Assembly (NCBI GenBank): GCA_041586955.1 | Contig: JBFGZE010000040.1 | Location: 1 to 27,354 of the forward strand | Direction: 5' to 3' | Length of the DNA stretch: 27,354 bases | Source: Bacteriovoracaceae bacterium | Lineage (GTDB): Bacteria > Bdellovibrionota > Bacteriovoracia > Bacteriovoracales > Bacteriovoracaceae | Part shown: positions 1 to 9,854 of the stretch, piece after piece | Layout of the letters: each line of letters starts with the position of its first letter | How positions within the stretch are numbered: the stretch's first letter is position 1 | Translations under genes and position numbers: made by a program | The notes under the pieces: model-generated | The model's input: only the letters and a program-made list of their open reading frames with translations | What the model was told of the DNA's origin: nothing | Databases searched by the model: none

Positions 1-1862
1 ACCCGATAAACATGATCTGGGTAAGTGCAGGCCCTTAGTCCTTCGCCGCCATTAATGGGGTTTTTGAGAACTTGATGCTTGAGATTTTCCATAATAGCAT
101 CAACGTTCGGCCATTTATTGGCATCTTTAAAGAGCACACGACCTCTACGCGCCATATGGATAAATGTTGCAATAGGGTTTTTAAATGATTGATCAAATCC
201 ATCTAAATAGAGGTTAGGGTATGGACACGTCTCTTTTTTTGCCTTGGCCCGTGTCAAGACCCGATTACCATCTTCTATGAATTCGGAGTGAAGGAAATCC
301 ATAGCATCACTAAAATTCTTTTTAAATTGAGAATTACCCGTTATTTCATAGACCCGTAATTGAGATTCTGTGAAAAAAACATAATCTTCAAAAAAGGAGG
401 GGGTTTTATCCAGGGTATTTGTATGGTTCATCCCGACAATGACTTGATTCTCCGTTTGTAAAAATTGATTATACATTCCCTCTAGAGCATAATTGAGGAG
501 GTCAGATGCCTTTTGTCTTATCTGATCGTATTTCACGTATTGCATGACTTCTACTAAAGAAGTCAGTAGCATAAAATTCCAGCTGGCGATCCCTTTATTA
601 TCAGTGGCAGGCGGAATACGATTTTTTCTTTCCTCAAGAATACTATTGCGAATTTTACGAATAATTGGCCAGTTTTCATCAGTATAGAAAGAATTTTTTT
701 TATCTGGATCCAAAGAGATCACATTGAGGTTCCGTTCAAAATTGGGGGTATCGCCAATTTGGAACCATCCCTTTATTTCTTCGATCTTATCTTCTAAGGA
801 AAGATTCGTATCAGAGCTGCGGTTGACAAGGTCTTCAAACTCTTCCTTCGTAAAAGTAAAATAAAGGCCCTCAACTCCTTCACTATCGGCATCTTGGGAG
901 GCAAAGAAATAATGATTGTCGGCCTTCATCTCTTTTTCGAGATAATGAAGGGTGTCCATTAGCCCATCAAGAATCATTGGAGATGGGTAGAGAAGAGATG
1001 TCTTGGATAGCACTCGTAAAAGTCCTGATTGGTCGTAGAGCATTTTTTCAAAATGGGGAACGAGCCACTTTTTATCAACGCTATAGCGATGGATTCCTCC
1101 TCTGGCGTGATCATACATTCCACCCATTAGCATACCTTCAATCGAGTCGATAATATGCTGACCTTCCTCTTGAGGAATCATACCCTCTAGCATTTGTTCG
1201 AGGCACCACTCGTAATATGGGAAGTGTGGGAACTTAGGTGCTTCACCATAACCTCCAAATTCGGAATCCTTATAGGGTTCAATCGCCTTGATTATGCCCA
1301 GAGGCCCAGGAAAATGACCTTCGAATTCTACTTTATCTTTTGGAATGAGGCCCTCGCGGATCCGCTCATCAACTTCAGTGGCATTTTTGAGGACTTCCTC
1401 TTTGTTTTCATGATAGGCACGTCTTAATTCTTGAATTAATTCCATGAACGTCGCACCTTCACCCTGTTTCTCCTTAGGGAAATAGGTACCAACAAAATAC
1501 GGCTTCATATCGGGCATAAGAAAGGCGGAGAGTGGCCAGCCTCCAGTTTGAACAAATAATTGGCTGGCCTGTTGGTAGTATTGGTCGAGATCAGGATACT
1601 CCTCTTTATCAACCTTAATGCAAATAAAGTTATCATTGAGGTAATCAGCAGTAGCTTGGTCAACAAAAGATTCATGGGCCATGACATGGCACCAATGACA
1701 GGAGGAATAACCAATAGAAAGAAAGATCGGTTTATTTTCGGTTGCGGCCATGGCCACCACTTCTGGAGAGAAGGGTTGCCAATGGACTGGGTTTGTTTGG
1801 TGTTGTTTTAAATATAGACTTTTCGCCTCGATGAGTCTGTTTTTACGTTTATTTGAATTCAT
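1..1862 (-). CDS. yyaL: Thioredoxin domain-containing protein, YyaL/SSP411 (DUF255) family; 3' end runs off the window
   Basis: Manual translation from ATG at 1862: MNSNKRKNRLIEAKSLYLKQHQTNPVHWQPF...KPIFLSIGYSSCHWCHVMAHESF...IKVDKEEYPDLD...GGWPLSAFL, the family N-terminal signature. AAGGA RBS (complement of 1871-1875). Only the N-terminal part was translated by hand; absence from the ORF track is consistent with no stop inside the window. Confidence 0.9.
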   Translation of the reverse strand, partial: MNSNKRKNRLIEAKSLYLKQHQTNPVHWQPFSPEVVAMAATENKPIFLSIGYSSCHWCHVMAHESFVDQATADYLNDNFICIKVDKEEYPDLDQYYQQASQLFVQTGGWPLSAFLMPDMKPYFVGTYFPKEKQGEGATFMELIQELRRAYHENKEEVLKNATEVDERIREGLIPKDKVEFEGHFPGPLGIIKAIEPYKDSEFGGYGEAPKFPHFPYYEWCLEQMLEGMIPQEEGQHIIDSIEGMLMGGMYDHARGGIHRYSVDKKWLVPHFEKMLYDQSGLLRVLSKTSLLYPSPMILDGLMDTLHYLEKEMKADNHYFFASQDADSEGVEGLYFTFTKEEFEDLVNRSSDTNLSLEDKIEEIKGWFQIGDTPNFERNLNVISLDPDKKNSFYTDENWPIIRKIRNSILEERKNRIPPATDNKGIASWNFMLLTSLVEVMQYVKYDQIRQKASDLLNYALEGMYNQFLQTENQVIVGMNHTNTLDKTPSFFEDYVFFTESQLRVYEITGNSQFKKNFSDAMDFLHSEFIEDGNRVLTRAKAKKETCPYPNLYLDGFDQSFKNPIATFIHMARRGRVLFKDANKWPNVDAIMENLKHQVLKNPINGGEGLRACTYPDHVYR

Positions 1863-1976
1863 ATATTTTATCCTTAGTCTAACTTTGAAGATTATAATAG
1901 TCGACCATGGCCAAAGGTGCATTTAGCGTTGTGTCTAAAACGCTAATAATTTGCCCCATGCCTTGTGTAATCGGTC

Positions 1977-2711
1977 ATGACGGTGTACCAACTCGCCATG
2001 ATTTTTTTAAGACATCAAAAATTGACACTAAAAGGTCGTTTTAAAAGCTTTATAGCGGCGATCGTCATTTTTAAGACCGCTTTTGCTATCCAGTACTTTT
2101 TTCCGCAGAATAATCATTTTCGTTTCTACCAAGCGCCATCGGCCCATCTCATCGAAAAAACTTTTATTGAGCTGACCTGGGGAGAAGCGATCATTAACGT
2201 TATTCCCCGAAGTATTCGACCATCATTTCTTTTATGGCAACATGATATTTGGCAGGCAAGTATAGACTCTGGCCTGGATCCTCTTTTAGTATTGGCCGTC
2301 GCCTGGACAGAGTCTGGCTTTAATCCACAGGCCAAATCCTCTGCCGGGGCCTTTGGCCTAATGCAAATTATGCCACAAACCGCCCTTCATTTAATGACTA
2401 AATACCCCAAGGGCCAGCGCCAGCAATTCGAAAATTTGGGTTGGAGGGAGCCAAAACAAAATATTCTTTTGGCCTCATCTTATATCGGTGAGCTTCTAGA
2501 GCGCTTTCATGGCAATGTTAATTTAGCACTTATCGCCTATAATATGGGTCCATCCTATGTTGTTCGGCAAATCAGAAAAGGTGATTATACAGGTCATAAC
2601 CACGCTTATTTACAAAAGGTGCTTTTGCGTTATCAGAAACTACAAACGCAGGGGTTACCCTTTCATATTGCCCACGTGACACGATGGGGTAAAAAATCAC
2701 CGGCAATTTAG
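1977..2711 (+). CDS. Lytic transglycosylase, SLT domain protein (start uncertain)
   Basis: Catalytic ES motif (AWTESGFNP), GLMQIMP and AYNMG motifs; N-terminal hydrophobic segment. Confidence 0.9.
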   Translation: MTVYQLAMIFLRHQKLTLKGRFKSFIAAIVIFKTAFAIQYFFPQNNHFRFYQAPSAHLIEKTFIELTWGEAIINVIPRSIRPSFLLWQHDIWQASIDSGLDPLLVLAVAWTESGFNPQAKSSAGAFGLMQIMPQTALHLMTKYPKGQRQQFENLGWREPKQNILLASSYIGELLERFHGNVNLALIAYNMGPSYVVRQIRKGDYTGHNHAYLQKVLLRYQKLQTQGLPFHIAHVTRWGKKSPAI

Positions 2712-2782
2712 CTTAGAGTTTTCCTTTTTATTTCCCATTTAAGTTGATAGATTAGAGAGTCACAAAACCAAGGATAGACTTC

Positions 2783-3484
2783 ATGGAGAGGGATCGTGTG
2801 ATCGCTATTGATGGACCCAGTGGAAGTGGGAAATCAACTTTGGCGCGCCTATTGGCCGAAAAAATGAACATACTTTATATTGATACAGGGGCCATGTTCA
2901 GGGCCTTAGGACTTAAGGCCTTTGAAGATAATATAGACCTGGCCGATGAGCAGGCCATGGAACATTTTTTAGAGGGTCTTCATTTAAAATACTTTGGGCT
3001 TCCAGAGCATTTAATAGAAATAAATGGTGACGATTTTTCTCAAAAAATACGCGAGCATCATGTTTCTAAGCTTGCCAGTGAAATTTCTCAAATTCCATCG
3101 GTACGCGATTTTCTTCTCAATTTTCAACGGACATTGCCGAGTCAGGGCATTTGTGTGATGGAAGGCCGCGACATTGGAACGGTTGTTTTTCCTAACGCAT
3201 TTTGTAAAATATTTATTACGGCCTCGGTGGATATTCGCACTGAAAGACGTTTTAACCAATTAGAGCAATTGGGTAAAGTTCCTTCATCTCTAGAAGATAT
3301 TAAGCAAGATGTAATGGAACGAGACCGCCAGGATAAGGAACGCCCTATTGCACCTTTGCGCCAGGCCGATGATGCTGAGTTTTTAGATAGTGGACTGTAT
3401 TCGCAAGAAGACACACTTAGAACTCTCATTCAAATTGTCCAAAACAAGGCCACGGAGGTGGGATTTGATCTATGCGGATCATAA
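2783..3484 (+). CDS. cmk: Cytidylate kinase
   Basis: IAIDGPSGSGKST P-loop, YIDTGAMFR, VMEGRDIGTVVFP, RDRQDKER..APL motifs; AGGA RBS at 2771. Confidence 0.97.
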   Translation: MERDRVIAIDGPSGSGKSTLARLLAEKMNILYIDTGAMFRALGLKAFEDNIDLADEQAMEHFLEGLHLKYFGLPEHLIEINGDDFSQKIREHHVSKLASEISQIPSVRDFLLNFQRTLPSQGICVMEGRDIGTVVFPNAFCKIFITASVDIRTERRFNQLEQLGKVPSSLEDIKQDVMERDRQDKERPIAPLRQADDAEFLDSGLYSQEDTLRTLIQIVQNKATEVGFDLCGS

Positions 3485-4536
3485 TCAACCGCTCCGATGC
3501 TATAGGTGATTTTCTTTTAACCCTGCCTGTGATTATAGGCATCAAAAAACACATTCCTGATTGTCAGATTTTTCTTATTCACGGGCCTCGTGTCCGTGAT
3601 CTTTTGCCCTTTTTTCCTTGGTTTAAAGATTGCTTTTGCTGGGAAAAAAATAAAACAAAAAAAATTGAATTGAGGCGTTGGATGAAAGAAATCGATGCCA
3701 AGGCCTTTATTCATATTGGTGGGGATACGACTCCTTGCTTTCTTTCCCGCTTTTTAAATATTCCTTTTCGCGGGGGGTTAATATCTCGCTGGCAAACATT
3801 TTTGACTTTGAATAAAGGGGTTCGCCAATCGAGGTCTCATCAATTAAAACATGAGAGTGATTGGAATTATGAGCTTCTTGGGCCTTTATGGCCATTCGCC
3901 AAAGTAGACGCTCCAGGTAAGAGTGGCCTGGCACCTGTTTTTGACCTGTCTCCCGAGTTAACTGAAAAGGCAATAGAGTGGTTAGCGACATCTTTTCCTC
4001 AGAAAGGAGCGACTCTTGTCATTCATCCCGGTATGAGCGGTCATACCCTTAATTGGCCGATTTCTCATTATATTGAGTTAATCGAGAGAATTCTTAACCA
4101 TAATAAGACGATTCGTTTAGTACTCAGTTTTACCCCAACTGATCAGCGGTTTATTGATCCAATTAAGAAGCATTTTCAACATGGGCCGCTTTGGATGAAC
4201 CGGATTATGCCCTTTGACGGGTCGGTTTACGGGCTTCCTTTTTATATTCATCTTTTGGCCCAGGCCGATGCCTTTATTGGCCCTAGCACTGGTACGACTC
4301 ATTTGGCCCATTTTCTAGGGACGCCTGTTTTGGCCTTTTATTCCCCGGTTCGAGCTCAGCACGCTAAGCGCTGGGGCCCTTATGAAAAAAACTCCAAGAC
4401 GATCGTCTTGGCCCCTGATATAATATTAAAACCTAAAAACAAAAGCGCATGGCAAAATGCCGAAAGTCTGATGACTCAAATAACCGTCGATCAGGCCTTT
4501 AAAAGTTTAGGCATTTTATTACGAGGTAAAATTTGA
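3472..4536 (+). CDS. Glycosyltransferase family 9 (LPS heptosyltransferase-like)
   Basis: RSDAIGDFLLTLP N-terminus, VIHPG...NWP, FIGPSTGTTHLA..LGTP motifs; adjacent to heptose kinase. Confidence 0.9.
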   Translation: MRIIINRSDAIGDFLLTLPVIIGIKKHIPDCQIFLIHGPRVRDLLPFFPWFKDCFCWEKNKTKKIELRRWMKEIDAKAFIHIGGDTTPCFLSRFLNIPFRGGLISRWQTFLTLNKGVRQSRSHQLKHESDWNYELLGPLWPFAKVDAPGKSGLAPVFDLSPELTEKAIEWLATSFPQKGATLVIHPGMSGHTLNWPISHYIELIERILNHNKTIRLVLSFTPTDQRFIDPIKKHFQHGPLWMNRIMPFDGSVYGLPFYIHLLAQADAFIGPSTGTTHLAHFLGTPVLAFYSPVRAQHAKRWGPYEKNSKTIVLAPDIILKPKNKSAWQNAESLMTQITVDQAFKSLGILLRGKI

Positions 4537-5552
4537 TTTCCAATAAACGCTTCACAGAGATTATCCAATCCTTTGCCCAATTACCGGGGATCCTCGTTAT
4601 TGGTGATGTAGGTATCGATAAATATACTTTAGGGAAAGTGAGACGCATCTCCCCCGAGGCCCCTGTTCCTATTCTTGAAGTTGAAAAGGAATGGCCAAAA
4701 TTAGGGCTTGCGGCAAATATCGCCCATAATATGCGAACCCTTCATATTCCTTGCACTCTTTGTGGTGTCATTGGTGACGATGCCCGAGCTGAGATTTTTG
4801 AGCAATTAATTGAAGATCAGGGCCTTAAGACTTGGGGACTGGTACGTGACCCAGAGCGCCCTACAATCTTTAAAGAGCGCATTACAACTGAAGGACAACA
4901 AATTTGTCGTATTGATTACGAAAAAAATGAACTTCTTTCACCAGCTATGGAAAAAAAATTCTTGGAAAGGGTCTTTGATCTCAATGATGGGCACAAAGGG
5001 GTCATCATTGAAGATTATGCCAAGGGAACTTTGACGCCAGATGTTTTGGTTCGATTAATCGCTGAGTTTAAAAATCGCGGTCTTATGATTGGTGTCGATC
5101 CTGGCCGTCAAACGAATCCTCTATTATACAAAGGTGCCCATTTACTTAAACCGAATTATCAAGAGGCCTTGTTGATGGTCGATGCTTTAGGAGGCCAATC
5201 CCGCGGGATGACTCTATCCGAAATGGCAGAATTTCTCCTTGAAAAATTAGATCTTGAAAAGATTGTGATTACTCTTGGAAAAGATGGCCAGGCCTTCCTC
5301 GATAAATTGGAGAGTAAACCGACTTTAAAGACCATTCCCACTCTCGCGCGGGAAGTTTTTGATGTTTCAGGTGCCGGTGACACGACTATGACTTTGTTAA
5401 TGGCCTCTCTTTTGGCCGGAGCAACTTTGGAAGAAGCTGTGTGGGTTAGCAATTGTGGTGCCGGTGTGGTGGTGGGAAAAGTGGGAACCGCCACCGTCAA
5501 TCAATTAGAACTGCAACAATTTTATGCCCACCTTGAAGCAACAATTAAATGA
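4533..5552 (+). CDS. rfaE1: D-glycero-beta-D-manno-heptose-7-phosphate kinase (stand-alone HldE/RfaE kinase domain, PfkB fold)
   Basis: VIGDVGIDKY..G.V.RISPEAPVP, DYAKG, LLKPN, VFDVSGAGDT, GVVVGKVGTA; TTG start overlapping upstream stop. Confidence 0.93.
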   Translation: MISNKRFTEIIQSFAQLPGILVIGDVGIDKYTLGKVRRISPEAPVPILEVEKEWPKLGLAANIAHNMRTLHIPCTLCGVIGDDARAEIFEQLIEDQGLKTWGLVRDPERPTIFKERITTEGQQICRIDYEKNELLSPAMEKKFLERVFDLNDGHKGVIIEDYAKGTLTPDVLVRLIAEFKNRGLMIGVDPGRQTNPLLYKGAHLLKPNYQEALLMVDALGGQSRGMTLSEMAEFLLEKLDLEKIVITLGKDGQAFLDKLESKPTLKTIPTLAREVFDVSGAGDTTMTLLMASLLAGATLEEAVWVSNCGAGVVVGKVGTATVNQLELQQFYAHLEATIK

Positions 5553-6079
5553 TTCCTCAGTTTTTTGATGATCATGCGCTTCACGATTGTCTTCCTTTTG
5601 CCGGACTCTTATGGCGAGAGGACCTTTTTGATATTGAGACCTTTCTAGGCCTTTGGCAGGAGAAATTCGGCCTATTGTCTAAGATCGAAGTCCCTGTTGA
5701 TACCATGAGTGATTATTATCAAAAAGAAATGGGTGTTTCCTCACAATATAAACGCCTTTTGGTTTTGGGTGGAAATAAGGCAAAAAAAATTGACCTCATA
5801 TCCTGGAAGTTATGGTCCCAGCAAGTGGAAAGTGACTTTATGGACAATGAAGGCCACCGTACTCTCAATATTGATATGGGTTTTATCGCCCTAGATCAGG
5901 TTTTCTTATCAACCTTTAAGCCATTCTCTCATCGTGTCTATATGGGGCAGGGTGTTTTTATCGATCCTACCTATTATTATCATCTAGGTGAATTTCGCTC
6001 TTTTCCTTGGACTTACCCTGATTATCAAAAAGATCTATTTAAAAGCATTTTTAAGAATTGGCGCGCCCTCCTCAAATGA
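5549..6079 (+). CDS. Conserved hypothetical protein, DUF4416-like
   Basis: YY.KEMG, R.LNIDMG, STFKPFSHRVY.G.G, FPWTYPDY motifs; ATGA coupling with upstream gene. Confidence 0.75.
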   Translation: MIPQFFDDHALHDCLPFAGLLWREDLFDIETFLGLWQEKFGLLSKIEVPVDTMSDYYQKEMGVSSQYKRLLVLGGNKAKKIDLISWKLWSQQVESDFMDNEGHRTLNIDMGFIALDQVFLSTFKPFSHRVYMGQGVFIDPTYYYHLGEFRSFPWTYPDYQKDLFKSIFKNWRALLK

Positions 6080-6196
6080 TCTTTAATATTCATTGCTGGA
6101 ATCGTTCAATACGATTTTTTTTTGCCTGTGAGTATTTGATTTTTAAGGCGGACGAGGTAGGATGGCATTTAGTATCAAATATAGAGGATAGACTTC

Positions 6197-7258
6197 ATGC
6201 TCGAGCAATTAGACCAATTATTTCAATCTTTTCAAGAGGCCCTTAGCTCCTCTCAAAATACTGACGATGTTTTAAAATTAAAATCGTCTTTTTTAGGTAA
6301 AAAAGGCAGCTTGAGTGAGATTCTTAAATCTCTCAAGGATGTCACTCCCGAAGAACGTCAGAAAATTGGGCCGGCGGCCAATCAATTGAAATCGGATATG
6401 AATCAAATGGTTCAAGCGCGGATAGAAGACCTTGAGCGTGTGGCGATTAATGACAAATTGGCCAAAAATTCTCAAGATATTAGCCATCTGGACTCCACTA
6501 AGGCCTTTGGCCATTTTCACGGAGGCCTTCACCCTCGTACCATTATTCAACGGGAAATTGAGGATATCTTCTTATCCATGGGTTTTGATGTTTTAGATGG
6601 GCCTCATATTGAAAATGAGTTTTATAATTTTGAAGCGCTTAATATCCCGGGAGACCACCCGGCACGCGATATGCAAGATACTTTCTGGTTCAACGATCCC
6701 ACGGCCAAAGAAGGTGAGAAGCATCTACTAAGAACGCATACCAGCTCAATTCAGGTAAGGGGAATGATGTCCCGTAAACCACCATTTCGCTTCATTGCCC
6801 CTGGTGTTGTTTTTCGTTGTGAAAGAACTGATGCATCCCATGAAATGGTCTTCGGCCAATTAGAGGGAATGATGGTCGGTAAAGATGTTAGTGTCGCCAA
6901 CCTTATCTATTTTATGAAGGAACTGCTAAGGGAGATTTTTCAAAAAGAAGTTGAAGTGCGTTTACGCCCTGGCTTTTTTCCATTCGTTGAGCCTGGTTTT
7001 GAATTAGATATTAAATGTTTAATCTGTCAGGGGAAAGGCTGCTCTGTTTGTAAGCAGGTGGGATGGCTTGAGCTACTCCCTTGTGGCATGGTTCACCCAA
7101 ATGTTTTAAAGGCCGGGGGAATTGATCCAGATGAATGGAATGGTTTTGCCTTTGGCCTTGGACTCGATCGCCTAGTAATGATGAGATATGAAATTGATGA
7201 TATCCGCCATTTACAACAAGGTGACTTGCGTTTTAACCAACAATTTCAATCGTATTAG
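6197..7258 (+). CDS. pheS: Phenylalanine--tRNA ligase alpha subunit
   Basis: LGKKG, NFEALNIPGDHPARDMQDTF, LLRTHTS, FFPFVEPG, GFAFGLGLDRL. Confidence 0.99.
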   Translation: MLEQLDQLFQSFQEALSSSQNTDDVLKLKSSFLGKKGSLSEILKSLKDVTPEERQKIGPAANQLKSDMNQMVQARIEDLERVAINDKLAKNSQDISHLDSTKAFGHFHGGLHPRTIIQREIEDIFLSMGFDVLDGPHIENEFYNFEALNIPGDHPARDMQDTFWFNDPTAKEGEKHLLRTHTSSIQVRGMMSRKPPFRFIAPGVVFRCERTDASHEMVFGQLEGMMVGKDVSVANLIYFMKELLREIFQKEVEVRLRPGFFPFVEPGFELDIKCLICQGKGCSVCKQVGWLELLPCGMVHPNVLKAGGIDPDEWNGFAFGLGLDRLVMMRYEIDDIRHLQQGDLRFNQQFQSY

Positions 7259-7266
7259 GAAAAAAT

Positions 7267-9696
7267 ATGCTTATTTCATTAGACTGGATTCGTGACTTCG
7301 TTAATATCTCTGATCAAAAGACTCCTTCGGATCTTGGTGTCCGCTTAACGATGGCCACCGCTGAAGTAGAGGAAGTTCAAGAGGTTGGAGCTTATTGGCA
7401 AAAAGTTAAGGTTGTTGAGGTCATTGAAAAAGAGCCGCACCCTGAAGCTGATAAGCTTAACTTGGTTACTTTTAAGATTAGTGATGATCAAACATTTCGT
7501 GTGGTTTGTGGTGCTGGGAATGTTTCTGTGGGAATGAAGGCCGCATTTGCTCCCAATGGTACGACTTTGCCTAATGGCCTAACCTTAGAGCCCCGAAAAA
7601 TTCGAGGAATTCTATCAGAAGGGATGCTTTGTTCAGAAGAGGAATTAGGGCTGGCGGAAACATCCGAAGGAATTATCGAATTGGACGATTCCCTGCCTTT
7701 AGGCACATCTATGGGAGAGGTTTATAAGCAAAGTTCCGATATTTTATTTGATATTGATAATAAGTCACTCACTCATCGCCCGGATCTATGGGGGCATTAT
7801 GGTATTGCCCGTGAATTCGCGGCAATTTATCGCGAAGAACTTAAAAATCCTTTTAATGAAGACTGGCAAAATAAAATACTTTCACAAGTCACAAAGGATG
7901 AATCACCAATAAAAATTAAAGTCGATAGGGATTCCTCTTGTCTTGGTTACTTTGGTGTTTCCATGGATCAAGTCACAATTGGGGAGAGCCCTAATTGGCT
8001 TAAAACCCGTCTTATTAATGTGGGATTGCGGCCTATTAATAATATTGTTGATGTCTCTAATTACGTCATGCTCGAATTAGGTGTTCCCTTACATATTTTT
8101 GACCGTTCAAAAATTAAAGGCGGTCAGGTGAATATTAAGCGCATGGGGAGCGATGGTGTATTTAAAACTCTTGATGAAGTGGATCGTCAGTTGACCTCCT
8201 CAGATACAGTTATTTGTGATGCAAATGAACCTTTGGTCTTGGCCGGAATTATGGGAGGCCTAAATAGCGGCGTTGATGATCAAACTCAAAATATTTTTAT
8301 CGAGGTTGCCAATTGGGTCGCACCTGAAGTTAGAAAAACATCGACTCGTTTAGGCCTGCGTACAGATTCTTCTCAGCGTTATGAAAAGTCACTCGATAGT
8401 GCCCTTTTAAAAAGAACACTTTGTCGCACTATTGAATTAATACAATCGCTATGTCCAGGCGCTAAAATTATTGGTGGCGTTGATTATGATGGACCTGAAA
8501 TTAAAATAAAACGCTCGTCCATGGAACTCAACCATAAGCGTATTGAGTCCGTTTTAGGCCAAAAAATAGCGAGCGAGCTTGTTCTTTCTATTCTTTCGTC
8601 TCTCGATTTTGAGGTAGAGAAAAAAGGGGAGAACTACCATATCCTAGTACCGACTTATAGATCGACAAAAGATATTAATTGCACAGCAGACATTATCGAA
8701 GAATTAGGCCGCATGATTGGCTATGATAATATTACCCCAGAGGCGCCAAAGCTTGCGATTAGTGTTTCAAAACTTTCTTCGGCGCAACGATTAACACGAA
8801 AAATGGTAGATTTTTTGTCTTTGCATGGGCAGTCTTTTGAAATGCAAACAAGCCCTATGGTTGGCGAAAAATTATTAAAAAAAGCAGAATGGCCAGACTT
8901 CAACGAGGAGCTTCGGCTGGTAAATGCGATTTCTAATGACCAGGATCGTATGCGTCCAAGTATGCTTCCTAGTCTTATGAGCGTATTAGCGAATAATACC
9001 AAGAATTTTGAACAATGTCGTTTTTTTGAAATTGGTCGCTCTTATTTAAAAGATCAAAAAAACTTTTCCAAAGAGAATCATCAATTGGCCGTTGTTTTTT
9101 ATGATAAAAATGAATCCGTATTTATGGACCTGGCCAATACAATGGAAGGGCTTATGCGCTTTACGAATTTGCCTGGAGATCTCATTGGTAAGCATCCTAA
9201 ATTCAAAAATGAATTGGTTTTGGAAGATTGGCAGGGAATTCATCCCATTGAGTTTTATAACATTAGAGTCATGGGGAAGATGCATGGAGTGATCTTTGGG
9301 CTCCATCCTCTTTATCTAAGAAAATGGAAAATCAAAGGGCATGCGGCCATCGCCCTTTTAAATTTAAATCCATTTATGGAAAAACCAATTAAACAGAAAT
9401 TTAAGTATAAAAGTATTCCAAAATTCCAAGGTTCAACATTTGACTATACTGTTCAAGTCAAGAACCAAACTTCAGTAGGCGAAATTTTGGCAACGTTGAA
9501 AAAAGTCAAGATGAAGGAAGTCCAAGGCCATAAAGTGGTCGACATTTTTCATGATGATGATGCCCTAAAGTCGGTGACTATACGAACAAGCTTTTTAGAT
9601 CCTGAGAAAACGCTAAGTGGTGAATTTCTCAAAGGGGCAGAAAAGTCCATTATCGAAAATCTTTCAAATGCTGGATTCCCTTTAAAACAAGGCTAA
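7267..9696 (+). CDS. pheT: Phenylalanine--tRNA ligase beta subunit
   Basis: HPEADKL, VVCGAGN, IRGILSEGMLCS, RPINNIVD, DIIEELGRMIGY; 809 aa, directly after pheS. Confidence 0.99.
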   Translation: MLISLDWIRDFVNISDQKTPSDLGVRLTMATAEVEEVQEVGAYWQKVKVVEVIEKEPHPEADKLNLVTFKISDDQTFRVVCGAGNVSVGMKAAFAPNGTTLPNGLTLEPRKIRGILSEGMLCSEEELGLAETSEGIIELDDSLPLGTSMGEVYKQSSDILFDIDNKSLTHRPDLWGHYGIAREFAAIYREELKNPFNEDWQNKILSQVTKDESPIKIKVDRDSSCLGYFGVSMDQVTIGESPNWLKTRLINVGLRPINNIVDVSNYVMLELGVPLHIFDRSKIKGGQVNIKRMGSDGVFKTLDEVDRQLTSSDTVICDANEPLVLAGIMGGLNSGVDDQTQNIFIEVANWVAPEVRKTSTRLGLRTDSSQRYEKSLDSALLKRTLCRTIELIQSLCPGAKIIGGVDYDGPEIKIKRSSMELNHKRIESVLGQKIASELVLSILSSLDFEVEKKGENYHILVPTYRSTKDINCTADIIEELGRMIGYDNITPEAPKLAISVSKLSSAQRLTRKMVDFLSLHGQSFEMQTSPMVGEKLLKKAEWPDFNEELRLVNAISNDQDRMRPSMLPSLMSVLANNTKNFEQCRFFEIGRSYLKDQKNFSKENHQLAVVFYDKNESVFMDLANTMEGLMRFTNLPGDLIGKHPKFKNELVLEDWQGIHPIEFYNIRVMGKMHGVIFGLHPLYLRKWKIKGHAAIALLNLNPFMEKPIKQKFKYKSIPKFQGSTFDYTVQVKNQTSVGEILATLKKVKMKEVQGHKVVDIFHDDDALKSVTIRTSFLDPEKTLSGEFLKGAEKSIIENLSNAGFPLKQG

Positions 9697-9711
9697 CTTC
9701 TTAATAATTCG

Positions 9712-9751
9712 TCATAATGGCCAAGTAATAACCAAGACTTGGTCATTATGA
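9712..9751 (+). terminator. Inverted repeat after pheT, probable terminator or stabilising hairpin
   Basis: TCATAATGGCCAAGT (9712-9726) pairs with ACTTGGTCATTATGA (9737-9751), 15 bp with one G-U, 10-nt loop; no strong U-tract. Confidence 0.6.
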
Positions 9752-9854
9752 TCAATTAAATTAATTTAAACATCTGAAAATGTAAGGTTTTTTCTTATTT
9801 AGTCCGAATAGATATTGAGCACAATGGTCTCTCTTTGAGAGGTATGGACTTATA

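Noticed and set aside
1194..1811. Short ORFs 1194-1427, 1505-1714, 1560-1811
   Set aside because: Shadow frames of the yyaL-like gene.
4533..5552. HldE lacking the adenylyltransferase domain as a pseudogene
   Set aside because: Split kinase and adenylyltransferase genes are common; the ORF is intact and coupled on both sides.
7013..7054. CxxCxGxGCxxC motif in PheS
   Set aside because: Known feature of many bacterial PheS proteins.
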